Part shown: positions 10,227 through 16,027 of the stretch, piece by piece
How the letters are laid out: every line of letters begins with the position of its first letter
Position numbering within the stretch: the first letter of the stretch is position 1
Source: Paraspadella gotoi
Lineage: Eukaryota > Animalia > Chaetognatha
NCBI GenBank assembly: GCA_051294375.1
Contig: JBJCIZ010001226.1
Coordinates: 1 to 16,027, forward strand
Reading direction: 5' to 3'
DNA length: 16,027 nucleotides
Made by a program: the position numbers and the translations under genes
Notes under the pieces: model-generated
What the model was told of the DNA's origin: nothing
Seen by the model: only the letters and a program-made list of their open reading frames with translations
The model's database searches: none

Positions 10227-10551
10227 CCAGTCTGGGTGTCATTCTATTCGTTTTTCCAAGCTCTTTTTAACTAAAAAAGTTTTAATTAAAAAAAAACTTT
10301 TTCGCCCCAGCCAGGGGAGTTGAAGAGCCAGAATTTGAGTATTTTTTAGCTTTTTTCAGTAAATTTTTTAATATAATTATCATTAATCAAGTTAATCATT
10401 AATAATAATGCTTTTAATTTATCATATTTAACTATTTTTAAAAAATTATTAGTTTAGGGCTTAAGCCAGGAGTGTTAAAGAGCTTAATTTTTTAATTTTT
10501 TTTTAGTATATACAAATGATAATTTACTTTTTTTTTAAAGATTACAAATTT

Positions 10552-10725
10552 TAATCATGGTAATATTGTGATTAAACTTTCTTTTCGTTGTGTTTGCGTT
10601 ATTTGAGATTAAAGACAAAGTCTTTTTACATCAACAATTTTATTTTTAATAATTGTTTGTATTATTAAAAATAAAATTGTTGATGTAAAAAGACTTCGTC
10701 TTTAATCTCAAATAATCATGGTAAT
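10552..10725. mobile_element. mini fold-back insertion with 13-bp target-site duplication
   Basis: 55-bp arms 10599-10653 / 10661-10715 with one mismatch. TAATCATGGTAAT at 10552-10564 and 10713-10725. One-sided extension attgtg..ctttt.gttgt resembles 2787-2815 and 15485-15515. Confidence 0.7.
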
Positions 10726-11281
10726 TAAAATTTTTTATAATTTTAAATGGTTTTTTCAGTTAATCAACTTAGTTAATTTTTTTATAATCAAAAGCCTTAA
10801 AAACTATTGTGACCTATATCTAAAAAGTTTTTTTTTAAAGATTCATCTTAAAAACAAAGCAATTCATAAAATATTTTAATCATATAATAAAATTGTTACA
10901 ACAAAGATATAATTATTCAAATGATATCCACTATCCAGGTTTTATTATGAAAAATAAAAATTTTTAAATAGCATGAACTAAAAAAAAATAATTTTATTAA
11001 AAAACAAATTTTCTGCATATACGTTTTGTGCAAATCATTATTCTATAATATTCGGTGCTGATGAGTAATAGTTTACTTTAACTCTATATACAAATATTTT
11101 GTTATTAAATTGAATTATTTATTAAAAAAAAATATTTTAAGGGAAATAATTAGTGGCGTTGCCAACGTTTCCCCGATGTGGGTGTAAACAACCACGCAAA
11201 AAAAAATGTTTTAATTTTAATTAATTTGGTTACAAAGCAGCAGAGAATTTATTTTCATTAAACAATGAGTTTTTCATAATT

Positions 11282-11315
11282 ATGTTTCGGTCCTTGATTC
11301 AGACCTTCGTCAGCG
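11282..11315 (-). ncRNA. hammerhead motif lacking the GTC cleavage triplet
   Basis: Minus strand: CTGACGA-a-ggtct-gaatcaa-ggacc-GAAAC-AT, then an 8-nt deletion relative to the other arm. Confidence 0.55.
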
Positions 11316-11510
11316 CATTTGACAAATTTGGGATTGTGAAAAGTTTAGAAATATTGAGAGAGAGAGAGTGAGAGAGAGAGGTTAAAGTAGCCAACAAAGA
11401 TTTGAGGGAAAAGACTGTGATCAGAGGTGAGGACAGGTTCTACTCTTAACTCTTTCTCTCCCTCTCTCTCAATATTTCTAAATTTTTCACAATCCCAAAT
11501 TTGTCAAATG

Positions 11511-11548
11511 CGCTGACGAAGGTCCGAATCAAGGACCAAAACATGTCC
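11511..11548 (+). ncRNA. hammerhead motif with GAAA changed to AAAA
   Basis: CTGACGA-a-ggtcc-gaatcaa-ggacc-AAAAC-AT-GTC. Confidence 0.6.
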
Positions 11549-11680
11549 AAATAATTATGAAAAACTCGTTGTTTAATGAAAATAAATTATCTGCTACTTT
11601 GTAACCAAATCTCACATAAGGGAGTGGTCGTTTCATACAATTAAAACATTCTTTGAAATATTATACCACTTCATTGATAG

Positions 11681-11860
11681 AGAAGCCAGGTTCACTGGGA
11701 GTGAATAAACAAGACTGTGAGAGAGGCTTGATTAAAAGCTTGCAGAAACCTGTTATGTTATTATCTTGTAAGTGTGATGGAGGCCTTAAACCACCAAAGC
11801 CTGTCCAAAGTCAGGGACAAGATAGCTTATTTATTAAATGGATGGATAATTTTTATATTG
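11681..11860 (+). CDS. candidate internal exon (mael extension or 5' part of the USP16/45-like gene)
   Basis: AG at 11679-11680; open 180 nt, phase 1/1 (EKPGSLGVNKQDCERG...KWMDNFYI); GT at 11861. More AT-rich than the other exons. Confidence 0.4.
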
Positions 11861-11941
11861 GTTGTACCAATTTCCTAACAACGGAAAGAAAGGAAAGTAA
11901 ATTTGTATCTTGTGTATTTCATCTTGTATTATTTTTTTCAG

Positions 11942-12009
11942 ATTTTGATATTGAAGAAGAAGAACTACTCCCATGGAGAAAACAAAAAAAGAAAAAGAAG
12001 AAAAAAAAG
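11942..12009 (+). CDS. candidate internal exon, acidic then poly-Lys (NLS-like)
   Basis: tttttttcag acceptor, DFDIEEEELLPWRKQKKKKKKKK, aag|gtattt donor, phase 1/0. Confidence 0.5.
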
Positions 12010-12083
12010 GTATTTCTCTTTGATATCTGTATTTTTTTAAATTCCATCTTAGAAATTTTATGTCGCTAAAATATTTTGTCAAG

Positions 12084-12171
12084 ACTTGTCGGGCGGCGTC
12101 ATCGACACCATTGGCCAGCGTCTCGAACGCGGGTTGTGCCACGCCCGCCCTCTCGGGGACGGGTGATTCCG
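12084..12171 (+). CDS. internal coding exon upstream of the ZnF-UBP exon
   Basis: GC-rich block; AG 12082-12083; ccg|gtgagt donor. Phase 0/1 frame TCRAASSTPLASVSNAGCATPALSGTGDS is open. Confidence 0.6.
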
Positions 12172-12559
12172 GTGAGTGAACGTTTTTCTGTGTTCCCCCT
12201 TTCGGTATGAATTGTTTAGCTCTATTTACTCCATTCTTAATAATATTATATCATTTTATTGATAAGGACGGTACAGGTACTCGGTGAGTTAATAAACTTT
12301 AGAACGTTTTGTTTAGGCATTCAGAGTCCCATATTTATATATTTATAGGGCATGTTTATTGAATTATTGGATAGTTTTATGTTGGTTATACCAATTTCAT
12401 AACATTTTTGAAAATGGTGCAAACGAAGATAAACATTTTAAAAAAGTTATCTATACCCCGTGAGCCAAATCCGATGATATGAAAGAAACCACTGCCATAC
12501 TTTACTGAGTTGAGATAGACTCGCTCAGATTTTTTTAAATGATAAATAACTCTTCGACG

Positions 12560-13090
12560 TTTTTATCCTCGCAATCGCTAAGCGTTTGCGACGATATTTT
12601 AACGCTTTTGCGCTTAAGTGGCGTCGTCGTCGGCGTCGTTGTCGGCGTTCCAAATTATAGATCGCCTTTTTTTATGATTAAATTTGGGTGTATGAAGCTG
12701 AAAATTTATATACAGCTTCTCATCATCGATGTGCTTAAAATTGAGTCTGGACAGTTATTAAATGTTTTGTTTACGTTTTATCAAAACAAACAAATTTTCT
12801 CTTTTATTTTCTATTTCTTTCTCTATCTTTTCTCTTTTAATTACATGTCTCTCTCCCTCTCTCTTTTCCCTATTCACCGATTCATAATCATAAGGGGAAA
12901 AAAAGAGCCTGCAGCTGGCTGTGCAGGGGCTTATTCTTTTTCTCTCTTTTCTCCTGCTGCTTCTGCTGCTGCCTTTTGATTTTTCTTTTTTTTCTGTCTC
13001 TCTATATCTCTCTCTGCGTTTTTATTTTAAAAAAATTTGAATTAGGATTGAACTCGTAAAATTAAGCATTGCATTCGTGCTTATCTTTTT
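12560..13090 (+). mobile_element. DINE-1/HINE-like (Helentron-associated) non-autonomous element
   Basis: T-run, then tatcctcgcaa (12564-12574) with nearby inverse ttgcgacgata (12586-12596), (GTC)n microsatellite 12620-12648, and 3' hairpin taagca/tgctta (13063-13083) followed by a T-run. Internal part recurs at 15904-16027. Confidence 0.55.
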
Positions 13091-13911
13091 GCTGTCGCAA
13101 CATCGGGTTTTTATTCCGTTTTTTTTTTCTTAGGGACTGCGTCTGCTGATCAGTTAATTTTTTGACAATGAAAAAATTTTTCTCGGTACTTTCTTTTTTT
13201 TTTTAATTGACAATCGCAAAATATAATTTTTCTTTGTTTATAATTTTTTTTTTCTCAAATTTTATTTTAGTATCAAAATTTGTCGTCAATCCAGATTTTT
13301 CTTATGCGGTTGCGACGATCATTATGCTTTTAAGATTTTTATGTATAAATTTTATTTTAATCCATTATCATAAATAGTGCCCGAATCTAGATTCAGATTT
13401 TAAAAAAAAATTTCAAAATATGATCAGAACCATATTTAATAGAAATTAGATACATAGCCGGTTGGTCAAGTATGCTCAAAAGGTTAGTAATAAAAATCGA
13501 GTGACTCGAATATGCAAATAAGATTAATGCGTCATCGTAAGGTTGAATATAAGGCAAAAGAGAGCATAGACTATTTAATAATAACTATTTTTTATAAAAC
13601 AATTAAGTTTTTAATTTGTTTTAATAGTAGTTTGTGAATTCTGCATAATAAAAATATTTGAAAAAGCTAATTTAACTAACAATATTAACATGGTTATTGG
13701 ATATAAACAAATTTGTATTACTCCTTTTTTTATTCATTTTCATTATAAAATTGGTTCAACCACTATTTCTCTTTTAATTTTGAAAAAATATTTAGCAAAA
13801 ATATAGCTTTTATTGGTTCAGGCAGTAGAATACAGCAATACTTTAAAGTCAGCTTCTGAAAATGGAATTGGGTAAAAAATAAATTTTTCTGACTAATTTT
13901 TTTATATGAAG

Positions 13912-14138
13912 GAACTCAAACCATTGCCGTCAAATCTGGCATGATTTGCCCCCACGCTAACAAGTGTATAAACTTAAACGACGTGGAAAAGGCGATGAAC
14001 CAAATCGGCGTTTCCGGCGACTGCACCTCTTGTCTCGACGCCACTCATTCCCCTCGGCCACGACATGGGCTCTGCCTGCAGTGCGGTCATCTGGGCTGCG
14101 ACAGCGCCACCAACGGACACGCCTTTTTGCATTTTCAG
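13912..14138 (+). CDS. ZnF-UBP (zf-UBP/BUZ) domain exon, USP16/USP45-like
   Basis: (G)TQTIAVKSGMICPHANKCINLNDVEKAMNQIGVSGDCTSCLD...LCLQCGHLGCDSATNGHAFLHFQ. The CxH...CxxC...CLxCGHxGC...HAxxH pattern is that of USP16/45 ZnF-UBP. AG at 13910-13911 (phase 1); 3' end uncertain (possible GC donor at 14139). Confidence 0.8.
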
Positions 14139-14724
14139 GCGGGAAAATATGTGCTTTCGATGAGTGAAATTAGGGTTGCGCATCGTTCAAATCGAAGCTC
14201 CGATCAAGATTCCTTTATATTTCACTTCTATTCAAAACTGCATAGTCACGGCCCAAAAAAATTATATCAATATGGGTAGATTCTGAAAGCTTGGCGTCTT
14301 GGGAAGCCAACGGAGGTAGAGCGCAATCGAAATTTTCATTTTATCATGCCCAAAAATGGTATTTAAATTGACTGGTCAGGCCGTTTTTTCCATTTTCCCA
14401 AAAAGCCTGCTCAATCTTTTGTAAAATAGAACAAATCATTCATATCAGTGCGGTTTCGGATAGCCTTTTGTCTTCTCTACACAATAAAAAAAAGAAAAGT
14501 TTAAATTCTTGCAATCTTTAATGCTTGATAAAGCAATCAAATGAACTGGTTTTTTAGGTGAAAACTGCATAGTCAAGCCTTAATTTTTTTAAATTTTGAA
14601 CACAATTGACAGAAACTGTATTGATTTTACTATTCAAATCAGGTAGAGCGCGGGCTTAATTCAAAAGCGTTTTCTCAATATAATGCAAAATTTTAAAAAA
14701 GTCTAATAAAAATTCATTAAAAAC

Positions 14725-14775
14725 AAAAATCGTCGCACAGTGTTGCTTGTGAGTCCCAAATGCTAGAAAAATATT
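14725..14775 (+). CDS. possible next ZnF-UBP exon fragment
   Basis: Small GC-richer island reading KSSHSVACESQMLE, which would supply the next conserved His after HAxxHF. Splice sites are not clear. Confidence 0.25.
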
Positions 14776-15194
14776 TTTTTAATTTTTTTATATTATTATA
14801 TAATATATAAAAAATATTTATATAAATATAATTATAATATTAAGAATAAACTTTTTTATTTAATCCAAGGAAGGAAGTATTATATATTAAAAAGTATATA
14901 TGCATAAAAAAATTTATTTTTTAATAAAATTAGTTAATTTTTTTAAACTGCAACAATTTTTTTTTATCATGGTATAATTAAAAAATATAAAATTAAAATA
15001 AAATTTTATTTTTAATAAAATATAATAATTATATTAAATATAATAAATCAAAAAAATTTTTAATTATATTTTTTTAATAATAATAATAATAATAAATAAA
15101 ATATAAATATTTTATTTTTTAATTTTATTTTTTTAGTTATAATTATTGTTATTATTATTATTATTTTATTATTATTATTATTATATAATCTAAT
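14770..15194. repeat. extremely AT-rich low-complexity tract with (AAT)n/(ATT)n, adjacent to assembly gap
   Basis: Direct composition; N x10 at 15195-15204. Confidence 0.8.
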
Positions 15195-15449
15195 NNNNNN
15201 NNNNTGATGAACGGTTGGTGGGTTTTAGACCATAATATCAAACAATGAGTTGTTTAGAAACGATGCTCATCCCCAGTGAAATATTTTTGGGCAATGTAAT
15301 AGACTTATTTGAAAGAATTTTATTAAATTAGAATGTACATAATCCATATATTGTAGGTAACCCAGCATTTCTTCTTCATTGTCCAAAATCTAGAGAAACG
15401 TAGCTTAATTAATAATATAAAAATAAATGGCTAATCTTTGTATTTGTTT

Positions 15450-15848
15450 TAAACACTTCTTATTTAATAATGTATAAGTTAGACATTGTGATATAAATTC
15501 TTTCTTTTTGTTGTTTGGGACGATTAGAGACAGTTTGAGTTTAGTTTTGACAACGATTTTTATTTAATTCAAAACAGACATGTTTCGGCTTCATTTCAAG
15601 CCTTCATCAGCGTTAGTGAACTTGAAAATTATTTTTGTGTAAAGGAAGATAGAAAGAGAGATAAACAGAGAGAGAGGGCAAAGTTTCCAACACAGTTTAG
15701 AAAGGACAGTGGTCAATTGGTGAGGACAGGCTGAAGTTGAGAAAAGACAGAGTAAGTTGTGAAAAGAAGTGAAATGGTGAAAAAGAGAGAGAGAAAACAG
15801 TGCAAAATCTGTTTTCTCTCTCTCTTTTTCACCATTTCACTTCTTTTC
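15450..15848. mobile_element. Penelope-like pLTR copy with a truncated inverted arm
   Basis: Homologous to 2730-3085 (gagggcaaagtttccaa, agtggtcaa..ggtgagg.cagg). Ends in a perfect 40-bp inverted repeat 15761-15800 / 15809-15848. Confidence 0.75.
15573..15614 (-). ncRNA. minimal type-I hammerhead ribozyme motif, intact core
   Basis: Minus strand: aacg-CTGATGA-a-ggctt-gaaatg-aagcc-GAAAC-AT-GTC-tgtt. Stem I aacg/tgtt, stem II ggctt/aagcc. Confidence 0.8.
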
Positions 15849-15903
15849 CGATAATTATTAATTAATCGATTATTTTAATTTTAATATGTATATAATTAAT
15901 TTT

Positions 15904-16027
15904 AAATTTATATCACAGCTTTCATCATCGATTCCTTAAAATTGGGTTGGACAGTTATTAAATAGTTTTGGTTTACTTTTATCAAAACAAACAATATTCC
16001 TCTATTTTATTTTATGTCTCCTTCTCT
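15904..16027 (+). repeat. copy of the internal region of the 12560-13090 element, running off the window end
   Basis: aaatttatat..cagctt..catcatcgat..cttaaaattg..tggacagttattaaat..ttttatcaaaacaaacaa, as at 12702-12800. Confidence 0.75.

Larger units (their letters stand above)
11205..11650. mobile_element. fold-back Penelope-like element with two damaged hammerhead motifs
   Basis: Near-perfect arms ~11224-11385 / ~11446-11610 containing a (GA)n tract. ggtgaggacagg is shared with the 2829 and 15540 copies. Confidence 0.75.

Noticed and set aside
11058-11090. CTGATGA-gtaa..ttac as another hammerhead
   Set aside because: First box and a short stem are present, but there is no GAAA box or cleavage triplet.
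12539-12979. 146-aa hydrophobic ORF
   Set aside because: It lies within the HINE-like repeat; the hydrophobicity comes from T/CT-rich and (GTC)n low-complexity DNA.
15761-15848. pre-miRNA hairpin
   Set aside because: A perfect 40-bp stem that forms the inverted junction of a Penelope-like copy; no independent support for a miRNA.
1-16027. Prokaryotic features (CRISPR array, operon, rho-independent terminators)
   Set aside because: Spliceosomal intron structure and animal genes show this is eukaryotic DNA. The hairpins are TE-derived and no regularly spaced direct repeats were seen.

Overview
AT-rich metazoan (invertebrate-like) genomic DNA with short introns, GC-richer exons and a 10-N gap at 15195-15204. 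The main gene is a multi-exon maelstrom (mael; HMG box + MAEL domain, piRNA pathway) on the + strand from 7868 to about 10176/10226. Its exons carry about 10 single-base indels, mostly in homopolymers, which look more like long-read errors than pseudogene decay. Downstream, a chain of phase-compatible exons runs with no stop and no correction from the last mael exon into a USP16/USP45-type ZnF-UBP exon (13912-14138). This suggests a possible Maelstrom-ZnF-UBP fusion or read-through, or a tightly abutting USP16/45 gene. A fragmented minus-strand gene (about 171-5290) weakly resembles CRAL-TRIO/SEC14 proteins. Introns and intergenic DNA are full of mobile-element debris: five fold-back Penelope-like insertions (four carry minimal type-I hammerhead ribozyme motifs pointing outward), three copies of a TGTT...AACA solo-LTR family (one inserted inside a ribozyme core), a TTAA-flanked MITE and a DINE-1/HINE-like element. 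All calls are from manual reading; no searches were run.
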